A stretch of DNA of 64,000 nucleotides from Octopus vulgaris. Lineage: Eukaryota. Location: contig OX597824.1 in NCBI GenBank assembly GCA_951406725.2, positions 58,342,001 to 58,406,000 on the forward strand, in the 5' to 3' direction. The notes under the pieces are model-generated. The model worked only from the letters and a program-made list of their open reading frames with translations. It searched no databases and was not told the DNA's origin. Numbering within the stretch: the stretch's first letter is position 1; each line of letters opens with the position of its first letter. A program made the translations under genes and the position numbers. Below are positions 1 to 11,820 of the stretch, piece by piece.

Positions 1-250
1 GGCACAAAATATAGGGTAGAGACGCTAGCGAAAAAAGAGGCCTTCATAACGATCAAGGATCATAAGCCTAACTTTGCCTCTAACCCTAAATGCAGGCTGA
101 TAAACCTGGAGAAGTCTGAGATCGGACAGGTGAGCAAAAGGCTCATCAGGAAGATCAGTAACGGAGTTAGAAACGCCTTTGATCTCGCCTTATGGCGCAA
201 CACCAACAAGGTCATCATATGGCTTAAGGCCAATAGTGGCAGGAGTAGAG
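1..250 (+). mobile_element. Penelope-like element RT N-terminal fragment (YRDD/Hydra-type)
   Basis: Frame 1 from base 1 reads ...EAFITIKDHKPNFASNPKCRLINLEKSEIGQVSKRLIRKISNGVRNAFDLALWRNTNKVIIWLK, the KDHKxNF..NPKCRLIN..KSEIG...W.NT..VI.W block of PLE RTs. It is homologous to 15250-15480 (minus). It is followed by a CA-rich tract and an HHR. Confidence 0.85.
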
Positions 251-673
251 CTACCCACCACCCCAACACATATCCCGCACACAAATTGTACACCCCACAG
301 ATACACAGACCACCCCTACACACATACACAGACCCCCCCCACACACACACACACATACATTTCACATTACACACCGAACGCTAACATGAAACCCGCCGTC
401 CCACGGCTATATTCTTTACAGATAGAAAACAGACCAACGAACACAGCTATATATACCTACACGCCTAGAAAAAAATTAATCCTGTGGCACCACTGCACAT
501 ATCATACATCCCTCCTCGACAAGAACACCACATTAATAATTCACAACTTCTCCACTGCAAGATAACTCCTAACCCAATCCCCTCACCCTTTTTTCGTTTC
601 ACAGCAGCCGCTAGCTGGTTGTGCTAATCCACCTCCGACAATAGAGAGCAGCAGCCATATTCCAATTCCAAGT

Positions 674-767
674 CGGCTAACTCTGATGAGCGTAAAGTCA
701 TGTAATTGGATTGTTACGTAACACTCCATCGTATTCTTCACACGAAACCGATAGGTAGGATCAGCCG
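674..767 (+). ncRNA. Type I hammerhead ribozyme (degenerate), PLE-associated
   Basis: CGGCT(aact)-CTGATGA(683-689)-long stem/loop II-GAA-ACC GATA GGT-A(757)-(ggatc)AGCCG. Stems I and II are imperfect. Confidence 0.6.
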
Positions 768-1196
768 TGATGAATATTTAATACTGTACATTTCGGATAA
801 TACACGCCCCCCCGCCCCCACTGGTTTCATGTAATGAGTGCTCTTAACAATTATGAATCCAGCCACGTGAGAACACTGATAGTCATCTCCATTTTAGATA
901 AGAAAATGGAAATGAGTACCAACGTTACTCCTGTGGTAGGCTCAATGGTGATTAAGAGAACATTCATTACATGAAACTATCAGAGCCTTGTTAACCCACA
1001 AAAAACATAGTTATCCATCTTTTCAGTGCTGAGCACTCATTCTCATTGTTTGATATTAGCACACACACACACATAAATATGTGTGTGTGCGCGCATGTAT
1101 GCATGCTGTAGTATGAGTTCATACATATATATATGCGTGCGTGTGTGTGTGTGCGCGCGCGCGAGCTGAACCTGCCCGAGATGCATGGAGAAGGAC

Positions 1197-1835
1197 GAAA
1201 CCGTCTTGCTGGCAACTGTTCAGTGTGCATGCGTTAGCGCCCTGTTGACTTGTGCTGAGCAGCTGCCATTTCCTATAAGACTAGTCCAGCTGTAGCCGAG
1301 CTTATAGAGAAAATTGAGGTGCGACCTTCTTTTAGTAGAAAAGAGAGTCAAATCTTTCCCTGCTTAGTGGTTGTGGCAATAGAGGCAGCATGGTGGACCA
1401 ATCTGAGAGGTCGAAGACAAACACTTCCCTACCTGGACAAGCCCTCATTAATTTCTTTAAAAATTATTTGAAGAGGAAGGTGAGGGAAGAGGAGGTGCTG
1501 CCTTCTAATGTGTTTATGAAAAGGTGTACGAGAGTCGCTAGAATGGTGAAGCTGAATGGATTTACTCTGAGTATGCTTTTCTAAGTAGGGGGAAAGAAAT
1601 TGGGAGGTAGCAGTTTGCATGCCCTGGGAGGGCAAAGTAATCCGAGACGTTTTGTGTTGGATTTACCCCCGAATTATCCTTTGTGGACTACCCCGCTATT
1701 GGGGATTCTATTGATTAATTATCTATTTTTCTAATTTCTATTTATATATCCTATTGTTGTATGCTTTAATGTTGAGCTGTTTGCTCTTGATCAGTATAGA
1801 CCCTACCTGTTTTGTGCCTTGTATCTCGTCCTTAT
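1197..1835 (+). mobile_element. Tx1/L1-clade LINE 3' end, decayed
   Basis: ORF 1390-1584 (SLPGQALINFFKNYLKRKVREE...KRCTRVARM) is homologous to the cleaner copy at 46138-46512. It is followed by a 3' UTR. Confidence 0.7.
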
Positions 1836-2547
1836 AATAATAATAATAATTATAATCCTTTCTACTATAGGCACAATGACTGAAATTTGTGGGAGGAGGA
1901 TAGTCGATTACGTCGACCCCAGTGTTTAACTGGGATGTAGTCTTATTCATTCGCAAAATGAGCCCCCTTTAATTTTGCTCAGATTGTTTTCAATTTTGGT
2001 GAATCGATGCAACTCTAGATTTTGATTACGATCAACCAATTACTTCATCTCGTAAATTAAAGAATCTGATGTTATTTGGAATTAAAGTTGAAAACTTTGG
2101 GTAATTTTAGCTAATCAACAGACAGTGAGGCATTAACAGTCTATTACCATGACAACCACACATTGTGTTGTGTTCCACCCGCACGCCACGAGATTTACTT
2201 CACCCGCGTGTTTCGTGTTAATAAAAATTTATATTTCTCAATTAGAATTTTATTGTAGATATTTTTTGCCAATTGTCTTAATATTTTACATATTTTTCAT
2301 ATATAGCAAAAGTTGTTTGCGATGTTTATACAGTTTCTTGGCATTATGAAGGTGAATGGACTATGCGAACTTAGTACAGATAATTTGACATTCTTTTTGA
2401 ATTCTGCTTGCAAAAACGTAAAATACAGGTATTCATTTTCTTGGGACAAATTCTTTGTTGACCAGTGTAATTCTTATCTTAGTTTAAAAATCCAAGAATG
2501 GAAACGTTATTCAACTTTGAAGTTTTGGAGACAGACTCCCCTTTGTC

Positions 2548-2651
<104 letters not shown>

Positions 2652-3114
2652 GCACATATATTAATGATGTACACAAACACATGGCAGGTTATCATAATAC
2701 TGAAATAGGCATAAAGTAAACACATGAAGACAAATATATTAATATTACAAATTAAAAAAAATACAATCAATCAAGAGACAAAAGAAACAGTAAGATGATA
2801 CATGTTGATTTTATTAGGCATTTCTGTTTATTTAAAAACCTACAATGAAGAGGTCATTTCACAGACGCTAAACTATAAATTTCACAGGGCACAATCTTAA
2901 AGTTGACACCGCTCCGCTCAACGCAGAAAATTTCTGTCTCGCTATTTGTTATAAATACAAAGTTTTTTCGATTTTTAAACCGCTGTTACTTTTTCCTCCA
3001 TTTTTATTTCTCCACAACATAGCAATTAGACTGGAAAACTTTATCATTATAGCCGATTTTCAGATTTTTTACTGTCTTTTAAATATGCATATTTTGCGAA
3101 TGAAAGGAACCAGA

Positions 3115-3260
3115 TCCCTCAACTGGAACTTATTTTAGCGGCCCGAAAGGATGAAAGGCAAAGTCGATCTCGGCGGAATTTGAACTCAGAACGTAAAAAC
3201 GGACGAAATCCTGCTAAGCATTTTCCCTGGCGTGCTGATGCTTCTGCCATCTTGCCGCCT
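3115..3260 (-). mobile_element. tRNA-derived SINE family A
   Basis: Reverse complement begins AGGCGGCAAGATGGCAGAAGC..., with box B-like GAGTTCAAATTCC, then GCCTTTCATCCTTTCGGG. More than 10 copies occur in the window. Confidence 0.85.
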
Positions 3261-4444
3261 TAGCCTTCAAACCGCGGATATGCTATATCTGAAAAAAGAA
3301 GGAAAAAAAAAAGACAGGATGATGACTACAGTAAATTGTTTGATCATGATGATGTTTGAGCGGAGTTAACCTTGAGCGGGCCAAATAATACACTCCCCCT
3401 CCACCCCATCATCATCATCATCATCATCATCTTCAAAAACAACAACAACATACAAAGACAGGAATGTAAAGAGCAATGACAAAGATGGGATGGAGGATGA
3501 AGCTGATAATGAAAAGGCAGGATTAGAAAAAATACAAATACAAGTGAGGAGAAAGAGGAGAAAAAGTGATCGAAGAAGCAACAAAGAGACGATAAAGCAA
3601 CAGGAGTGGAACAAAAGAAAAAGTTAGAAATATTAGATATTTTAGTGGTAGTAGCAGTAGTAGAAGTGGTGATAATAGTGGCAGTGGTGTTGGTGTTGGT
3701 GTTGGTGGTAGTGGTGATAGTAGTGGTAGAGGTGGGGTGCTGCTGGTAATGGTAGTGGTTGCGGTGGTGGGATGGTGGAAGTGGTGGTAGTAGTGGTGAT
3801 AATAGTGCTAGTGATGGTGGTGGTGTTGGTGATAGAGAGGTTAGTAGCAATAGGGGTGATGGTATTGGTGGAGTTGGCGGTGGTTGTGGTGTTTGTAATG
3901 GTAGTGGTAGTTGTGGTGGTAGAGATGGTCGTGCTAGTTGTAGTTGTGTTATTGTAGTAAGCCTGGTACAGTTATCTACTTACTATAATCTTTCTCCTCA
4001 CCCGAAGTACTTTAATTTATAGGCAATGACCCCCTTGTTTTGTTCCTTTCTTTCCAATTCCTATTGTGTATAGGCAACAAAGAACCTCATTTGACATTCT
4101 GGTCATGGCAAAAATTACTTCCGCTCGAGCTTGCGCATGTCATTTATTCATTGTACGACAAAAAGATATGACATTAGGAGGCAGTTCTGGTTTAAGAAAC
4201 AGGCCTTAACTCACTGAACAACAATAACAACAACAGCAGCAGCAGCGGCAGTAACAACAATAGCAGCAACAACAAAAAACGATGAGCCACCGAGAGTGCG
4301 TCTATACGGAAGCCAATTGGATTGCAAAAAACAATAGCCAAACCTTTCTCAAGTCACACATCATCGACATACAAATACACACACACACACACACACATAT
4401 ATTCTTTATTCTTTTACTCGTTTCAGTCATGCGGCTGCGGTCAC

Positions 4445-4678
4445 CGTGGACTTTCTGATTTCCTCAGTTTGGGGTGTTTCACATCACCACTCCTGTATGT
4501 GCCTTTGTCCCAGCTGTTGGCCCATTTGGTGTATAAATGAATTTGATTCTGCTGCTCTCGTCTGCACCTCATTTCAGGCTATTGGTTCATCCGATATTGT
4601 GGAGAGGAGGATGTCTTGTTACTTTTTGAAGATATCTACTTTCACCTTATGCAGATTTCTTAATTTTTGTGGCAGGGC
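4445..4678 (-). mobile_element. CR1/Jockey-group LINE 3' end relic
   Basis: Minus frame ALPQKLRNLHKVKVDIFKK*QDILLSTISDEP...RAAESNS resembles the LP..IRN....FK..LD..L..IPDEP C-terminus of such RTs. Confidence 0.55.
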
Positions 4679-5640
4679 GTGGTATTAAAGAGTTCCCGGA
4701 CTTGTTATGTTTAATAAAAATTAACTTATTTACCGAAGTTTTAACATCATCTCCTTCGAAATAGTAACCTTGTACAACAATACACCGGTCCCAGCGTTCT
4801 TGCCACTTTTGGAATCCGACCTGGGATTCGATTTCCTTAAACGAGTAGAAGACCTGCAATTCGCTCTGGATTTCGACCACAGGGTTAAAACGGTGGCCTT
4901 TAAGCTGCATTTTCATCTTGGGGAAGAGATAGAAGTCTGCAGGTGCTAAATATGGTGAATTGGGCAGGCGTAGAGCGATACCACGTTGTTTTTGGCAAGA
5001 AACTCACGTATGAGGAGAGCTTGCTGACAGGGTACATTGTCGTCGTGGAGAATCCAGTTCTTTGCACTCTACATATCCAGTTGTTTTCGCCGATTGACCT
5101 CCCTGAAACGCTTCAAAACGTTGCAGTAGAACTTTCGATTGAGGGTCTGGCTCTGGGGGACGAAATCTCGATGCAGAGTACCGCGGATGTCGAGAAAAAA
5201 AACCGATGAGCATGCTCTTGATTGAGCTGCGGTTCTGTCATGCCTTTTTCTGTCGTGGAGAGGAAGACTTCTTCTATTGTGACTACTGCTGCTTCGCCTC
5301 AGGGTCGTACCCGTAGGCACAACTCAAGTCACCGGTGATGATCCTCGACATGAACGATGTGTCATCGGCCGCACGCTAACGGAGATCTTGACAGACTTCG
5401 ACGGGATGTTCTTTCTGCTCAGTGGTCAGCATGGGGGCAGGAGCCAAAGTTGATAGAGACACGCTCCATGTTCAATTCAGATGTTAGAATTGCCTGCACA
5501 GACCTATACGACAGACGAACAACATCAACAATGGCGTTGATTGTCCTTCGACGATCTTCATGTACAAGCTGATGAATTTTATCCACATTTCCAGGGCTGA
5601 TGCTTATCGTATTCCAGAGATGTTCTTCCGGATTTGAAGC
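4679..5640 (-). mobile_element. Mariner transposon relic
   Basis: Fragments VHEDRRRTINAIVDVVRLSYRSVQAILTSELNM, FFLDIRGTLHRDFVPQSQTLNRKFYCNVLKRFRE and FQKWQERWDRCIVVQGYYFEGD. A TIR-like AAAGAGTTCCCGGACT lies near 4687. Frameshifted. Confidence 0.9.
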
Positions 5641-5689
5641 CATAGAAGGCCGTGTCAGCTGGCTTCGATGAGGGATGAGGCCGCATGCT

Positions 5690-5880
5690 AGCCCTTGACA
5701 AGGGTTTTGTTTTCTTTACCTGGTGGGAAATATTGAGTCTGTCTTCTCAGGGAATTGTAAGTTCGACCACGATGATCATTTTTGTATTGCTGAGTAGTCG
5801 GAATGATGTTACCACTATTTTCTCTGTGAAAAACCAATCTACCACTCAAGTCCACAAGCATCTTGCAGTCTGAGGCTGTG
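5690..5880 (-). mobile_element. RLE-type LINE (Hero/NeSL-like) endonuclease relic
   Basis: Minus frame LLSNTKMIIVVELTIP*EDRLNISHQVKKTK matches the K.IIVVELTVPWE.R......K..KY restriction-like endonuclease motif. Confidence 0.55.
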
Positions 5881-6632
5881 CGCTAAGTACAAAACGGGCC
5901 CCCTTCCTTTGCTTTCGCCTTGGGGGCTTGTCGCCTCCGTTTAGGAATTTGATACCCTTTGATGGTGGCTTATGTTTATTAACTTTCACTCTTTGTAGAT
6001 CAGTCCACTAGCAATTTCTGCTAGAACATTGTCATGTCTCTACTTGTATTGACCTTTTCCTAGTGCCTTAGAAACAAAATGTGGTTCAGGGTGTCCGATA
6101 TTTTAAGTTTGGAGTTGACAAGAGGTCAGTGACAGCCCGAAGAAGGAAGGACAATCTTCCCTTAGTTCTTTCCACGACAGTGGACACACAGGTGCCTGAT
6201 CCCAATGATCCAAACCAATCATGTATCAAACGAGACATCATCATCATCAACAACCCTCCTCCTCTTCATCATCACCGTCATCACCATTATGAGCAACAAC
6301 AACAGCATTAAACAATCTAACAAAAATACGCAAATATGGGTTTATCATTGTTGGAACATTTTCGATTACATGTCAGCATAGGATCGTATTACGAAATTAA
6401 TTAGTGCTCCTACATACATCACCTGATACGTCCAATTGTCTATATTACAATGACAAACATACCATAGAAACAACCACACACACACACACGTACATATATA
6501 TACATACACACTTGCACGCATACACATATGTATGTATACGTAAATATCTATAGGTGCATGTGTATATGTATGTGTTAGATGACTTTAAAAACTAAGGCGC
6601 AATTTAAGGAAATGTGCTCAATAATATGAGAG

Positions 6633-6703
<71 letters not shown>

Positions 6704-6764
6704 ATATATATATATATATATGCATGTGACTATGCGTCTGTATGCATGTGTGTGTTTGTGTGCG

Positions 6765-7681
6765 TGTGTGTGTGCACGTATGTATGTTGGGACGCGGGAC
6801 ACATGAGTGTATACAATTTTTTCATGTGTTTAGAAACCCAGTTCACGTCGGCGCACAAACAAGTAGTTTGCAAAACATATCGGTATGTCTTGGAGATCTT
6901 CTTAACAATTCTAATCCTGTCTTCAGCTGGGATTATCTGCTGTTTCTACATTGTTTATACTTTCTGTAACCAACAAAAAAAGGAGCAAACTTTAAAAAGA
7001 TCCTTTTTATTTTATTTTATTTTTTTTTTGTTTAGTATAATTCCGGTCGCCATCTTTTTTGTTTGTGTTTAGTTATATATGTATATGTATATAATACAGT
7101 CTTTATTGCTTCATTTTCTTTTCCAGTTATTTCTTGATGGTGAATTTCGTTAGTCGAGTGGATAGGGTTTCAGAAAGAAAGTGAAAGTTATCAGTTCATA
7201 CCCTGCTTCCGTCATTTCATTGTATAATTGTTCTGAACACCTCGTGATAGAATCTCGCCACAAGTGTTTGTAAAACGTTAATAAATAACAGCTAAGTATA
7301 ATTCCTTATATTGGTTTCAACTTTTGGCGCAAGGAAGAGCAATCTCGGAGGAAGGGTTAAGGTGGTTACTGGTATTTATTTTATCAACTTCAGAAAGCTT
7401 AAAGACAAAGTCTATGGAGTTTGAACTCAGAACGTAAAGTCGGATGAAATGCCACTAAACATTATACCCGGTGCGCTAATGATTCTGCCAGCTCGCGGCC
7501 TTATATGACTTCTTATATTGATTACTTATGTGTATGATTGTGTGTGTGTGTGCACGTATGTATGTTGGCATATGTGTACCCACACATCTGTATATACAAT
7601 TTTTACATGTGTTTAGAAACTTAGCGCACGTAGGCGCACAGACATAGGTAGTTTGCGAAACATATCGGTATGTCTTAGGAT
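6765..7681 (+). repeat. Diverged ~130 bp direct repeat pair (6765-6897 and 7542-7681)
   Basis: Both copies contain TGCACGTATGTATGTTGG...CATGTGTTTAGAAAC..CACGT.GGCGCACA...GTAGTTTGC.AAACATATCGGTATGTCTT. Confidence 0.8.
7310..7501 (-). mobile_element. SINE family A
   Basis: GGTTTCAACTTTTGGCGCAAG...TTTGAACTCAGAACGTAAAG...TTCTGCCAGCTCGCGGCCT. Confidence 0.8.
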
Positions 7682-7789
7682 TTTGATCATAGAGCTGAAT
7701 TTGGATCAGAATTAACTTGGGATTAAACAGTACGAAGGATTACATTATATGCTGGTTATATTAGCTATGCTGTTCCGAGAGATTAATAG

Positions 7790-8817
7790 TATGTCTCCTC
7801 CAGTACTGTTCTGACAGAATTCATATTTTTCCGTCCAAATGATTTTGAGGACTGCGGAATAAATTATAATCAGATGGGGCAATGTCCGGCGAATATGGTG
7901 GGTGGGGCATCGTTTCCCACTCAAACTGCTCCAGCCTTTGGAATGTTATCCTCATTGTATGTGGCCGAGCATTATCCTGATAGAAGAACACCTTTCGTCT
8001 TGTAACCAAAGATGGTCGTTTTTCTTTTAACGCTGCTCAAGCTGCTCGCAGTAGATCTCCTTTGTTATCGTTTGGTTTGGGTTTAAATGTTCAATGTGGA
8101 CTAAACCTTTCATATCCCATCAAACAGACAGCAACACCTTACGTGGATGAAGACCTTCTTTAGCCTGGGATGCCGGTGTTTCTACTTTCCCTACTCACTG
8201 TCTTCGACGTTTGACACTTTTATAGAGAACCCATTTCTCCGTCACCAGTCACTATTCGGTCCAAAACATGGTTCATTCGTGAGATGTGACAGCAAAGAAC
8301 ACACATTTACTTTCTGCGCACGATTAGACTCGGGAGGTTTGTGAGGAACACATTGACCCAGCTTGCTAACTTGATCAAATCCAAGCTTCTCTGCTAGTTC
8401 CTCAACAGTTACGATGGGATATTGTTCCACCAGGATTTGCAGGATGTCTTCGTCGAGCTCTATATATCTTTCAGGACGCGGCTCGTCTTCTAGGCTGTAG
8501 TTTCCCGCTCGGGATTTCTGAAACTATCGTTGACACTGGCTTACGCTTATTGTCCCCATATTCTGTATTAATATTCCTCGCACTTGAACTCATAAAGCAA
8601 AATAAGCCAATATACTCATTTGTCAATTCCATTATAGCTTTGAAAAACAACTGTTAAAATCGATCTGCACTCTTCAAAACTTGCACTAAGCTTAAGTACA
8701 AGGTTTAATTACTACTTGATTTTATAGTAAGTTGATGTAGGTAGTTTATCCCGTTCCCCTCCGACTTTTTAGTTCATGCAATTGAAAAAACCGCATTATT
8801 TATGGGATGACCCAATA
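7790..8817 (-). mobile_element. Mariner transposon relic with one TIR
   Basis: FYQDNARPHT...MPHPPYSPDIAPSDYNLFRSPQNHLDGK (catalytic D and YSPDL motif) and TVEELAEKLGF. The right end, reverse-complemented, is TA-TTGGGTCATCCCATAAATAATGCGG. Confidence 0.92.
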
Positions 8818-8845
8818 TAAATTACATGCACAGACACGCGCGCGC

Positions 8846-8891
<46 letters not shown>

Positions 8892-9128
8892 ACACACACA
8901 CACACTCACACACACACACATTCAACTACGTCAAAAATATTTTAATCCAACACTTTTGCTGCCATTCTGTTCTACAGACTGGATCCATCCAATAATCGGA
9001 AGTGAACCGGACTGCTGGTAGCTATTAGCGAAAGGAAGTAAATGATGATGATGATGATGATGATGTTGGTGGTGGTGGTGGTGGTGGTGGTGGTGGTGGT
9101 GATAATGATGATGATGACGACGACAATA

Positions 9129-9164
<36 letters not shown>

Positions 9165-9454
9165 TACCAAAGTCTGGCTGCTGTTACTAAATAAGTTTGG
9201 TGTGGCTTTGATGTAGCATCCACCACGTAACCGAATTACCACCGAGGCAGGGCAGGTAAGGAAATTGGTAGGAATATTTAAATAACTGGTAATTTGGAGC
9301 GTTTGTTTACATTTTTGAAACCTTTCCCATTCACACACACCACCACCATCACCACCAACACCGCCACCGTCACCACCAATACCGCCACCATACCACACCA
9401 CATCACACATTTACATAATTACATATGTGCATACGACTATATATCTTTTATTTT

Positions 9455-9650
9455 TTACTTGTTTCAGCAATCACACTGCGGCCATGCTGGGGCATCGCTT
9501 TGAATGGTTTATTCGAATGAATCAACCCCAGAACTTATTTTCTTTAAAGCCTGGTACTTATTCTACCAGTCTATTTTACTATTCCGGTAAGTTACGGTGT
9601 CGTACACAAATCAGCACCGGTCGCCAAGCAATGTGTAGGACAAAAACAAA
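9455..9650 (-). mobile_element. SINE family B, 3' half
   Basis: Reverse complement of the family-B tail (...CAGCATGGCCGCAGT...GAAACAAGTAAAA). Confidence 0.75.
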
Positions 9651-9651
9651 G

Positions 9652-9738
<87 letters not shown>

Positions 9739-9865
9739 CATATATGAGTGTGTGTGTGTGTAGGTATGTATATGCCTCTGTGTGTGTATGTATGTGTGTG
9801 TGAGTGTGTGTGTATGTGTGTGTGGGCGTATGTATATATATATATATACATGCACACGCACACAC

Positions 9866-9981
9866 AAGCGTGGCTGTGTGGTAAGAAGCTTACTTCCTAA
9901 CCACATGGTTCCCGGATCAGTCCCATTGCGTGGCAACTTGGGCAAGTGTTTTCTACAATAGTCAAGCAAAACAACACCGCC

Positions 9982-10073
<92 letters not shown>

Positions 10074-10290
10074 GTGTGTGTATATTTGTCTGTCTTTGTA
10101 AAACCCTACCAAAACCACTGCCTGACAATCAAGGATGGTGTGTTTATGTCGCCGCAATTAGCGGTTCGGCAAAATAGATAGATATAAGTACCAGGCTTTT
10201 AGAAAATAATTACTTGGGTCAATACATTCTACTAAGAATTCTACGAGGTGGTGTCCCAGAATAGTGGCAGTCTAATTACTGGAACAAGTC
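9866..10290 (+). mobile_element. SINE family B (tRNA head, CORE-like domain, internal TA/TG microsatellite)
   Basis: GCGTGGCTGTGTGGTAAGAAG (box A), GGATCAGTCCC (box B), and TGCGTGGCAACTTGGGCAAGTG, which resembles the MIR/CORE motif. Confidence 0.85.
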
Positions 10291-10321
10291 AATATATATA
10301 CATACATACATACATACACAC

Positions 10322-10380
<59 letters not shown>

Positions 10381-10384
<4 letters not shown>

Positions 10385-11112
10385 GGGTAATAAGAAATTA
10401 TTATTACCAGTGACTTAGCACAAAAACGAATTAGTCATTAGACTATATATTATTCCCATAGAATTACAATAAGAGGCTGCCAAATAGGAAAGCCTTGTGC
10501 TAGAAAGAGCAGTAAAAGACTCAAAACCACAAAATAAGGATAAATTTTCGAAAGAAATGAAAATTAAAAATGTTTACCATCTCAGTTATTTCCCAGACCA
10601 TGGTTTCTAACTATTTCCAGCAAAAAAAAAAGGCTTTCCTATTTGGAAGCCTCTTATTGTATTTCTATGTGAATAATATATAGTCTAATGACTAATTCGT
10701 TTTTGTGCTAGGCCACTAGTAATAATAATTTCTTATTACCCTATTATTATTTATTATGTTTAAATATTCTCTGATAAATTTGTTCGAAATTTTTACCGGC
10801 ATCCTCTCTGTCGCCGGGTATAATCTGCGTCTGCGCAGTGGTCTAAAGTTAGAATATACAAGCAGTTAGCTTTACATATGGCTGTGTTGTGTATTTGAAA
10901 TCGAAAGGCTGTCCCAGATGAAACTGGCCTTCAGCAAATATTTTTTTTGCTGGAAATAGTTAGAAACTATGGTCTGGGAAATAACTGAGATGGTAGACGT
11001 TTTTAATTTTCATTCCTTTCGAAAATTTATCTTTATTTGGTGGTTTTGAGTCTTCTACTGCTCATTCTAGCACAAGGCTTTCCTATTTGGAAGCCTCTTA
11101 TTGTATTTCTAT
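10381..11112 (+). mobile_element. Non-coding PLE-pLTR/retrozyme-like element with inverted arm, in (TA)n
   Basis: A 444-nt unit (10631-11074) is followed by a 38-nt direct repeat of its start (11075-11112). 10381-10630 is the reverse complement of the unit end joined to the unit start. Contains an HHR-like motif and has (TA)n on both flanks. Confidence 0.75.
10912..10979 (+). ncRNA. Hammerhead-like motif with defective core
   Basis: TCCCA-GATGA-AACTG[TTCAGCAAA..TTTGCTGGA hairpin]TAGTT-A-GAA-ACTATGGT-C-TGGGA. The inverted arm carries the perfect palindrome ACCATGGT. The core lacks CT relative to CTGATGA. Confidence 0.55.
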
Positions 11113-11274
11113 ATATATATATATATATTTGTAGCAAGTTGATTCCATACTAGTTTTGTTTGAAGAAACTTGAGGATCATTGGTCACGTATATCTTCCCC
11201 AATATATTAGTGACATTTAGTGGTTTCAGTCAACGACAGAGCGTATATATTCATATATGTCTGTGTGTGTGTGT

Positions 11275-11356
<82 letters not shown>

Positions 11357-11555
11357 ATGGATTTATATTTTCAATTTCATTTTCCTTTTCTGGAAAACTA
11401 AGAGGTTTTTTAAAATACTTTTTTAAAACCCGTTAAAACACTAAAAGAACTTTCAGAAGTTCATTTGTTACCTAATTCTTATTTTTATAGAACTATCACC
11501 AATGTTTCAGGAGTGTAACATCACCCCCTTAGATGTTTGGAGAACTCATGTGTTT

Positions 11556-11644
11556 TTTCGGCTGATGAGTACGGGTCACTTATATTTACTGCAATATTTG
11601 CAGCCTTAATAAAGCTGTCTTCGTACGAAACAATTGTACCGAAA
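11556..11644 (+). ncRNA. Type I hammerhead ribozyme, intact core (inverted-arm copy)
   Basis: TTTCGG-CTGATGA-GTACG[48-nt loop with CTGCAATATTTGCAG hairpin]CGTAC-GAA-ACAATTGT-A-CCGAAA. Predicted cleavage after GUA at 11638. Confidence 0.88.
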
Positions 11645-11731
11645 TATTGATCTATTCTTGTTGCTTTTTCTTATGTATATATATATATATATATATACAC
11701 ATAAGAAAAAAGCAACAAGAATAGATCAATA

Positions 11732-11820
11732 TTTCGGTACAATTGTTTCGTACGAAGACAGCTTTATTAAGGCTGCAAATATTGCAGTAAATATAAGTGA
11801 CCCGTACTCATCAGCCGAAA
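11732..11820 (-). ncRNA. Type I hammerhead ribozyme, sense to the PLE ORF
   Basis: Exact reverse complement of 11556-11644. Confidence 0.88.

Noticed and set aside
3344-4022. Gly/Ser-, Val- and Asp-rich ORFs
   Set aside because: Degenerate GGT/AGT/GAT trinucleotide sequence with no domain or splice support.
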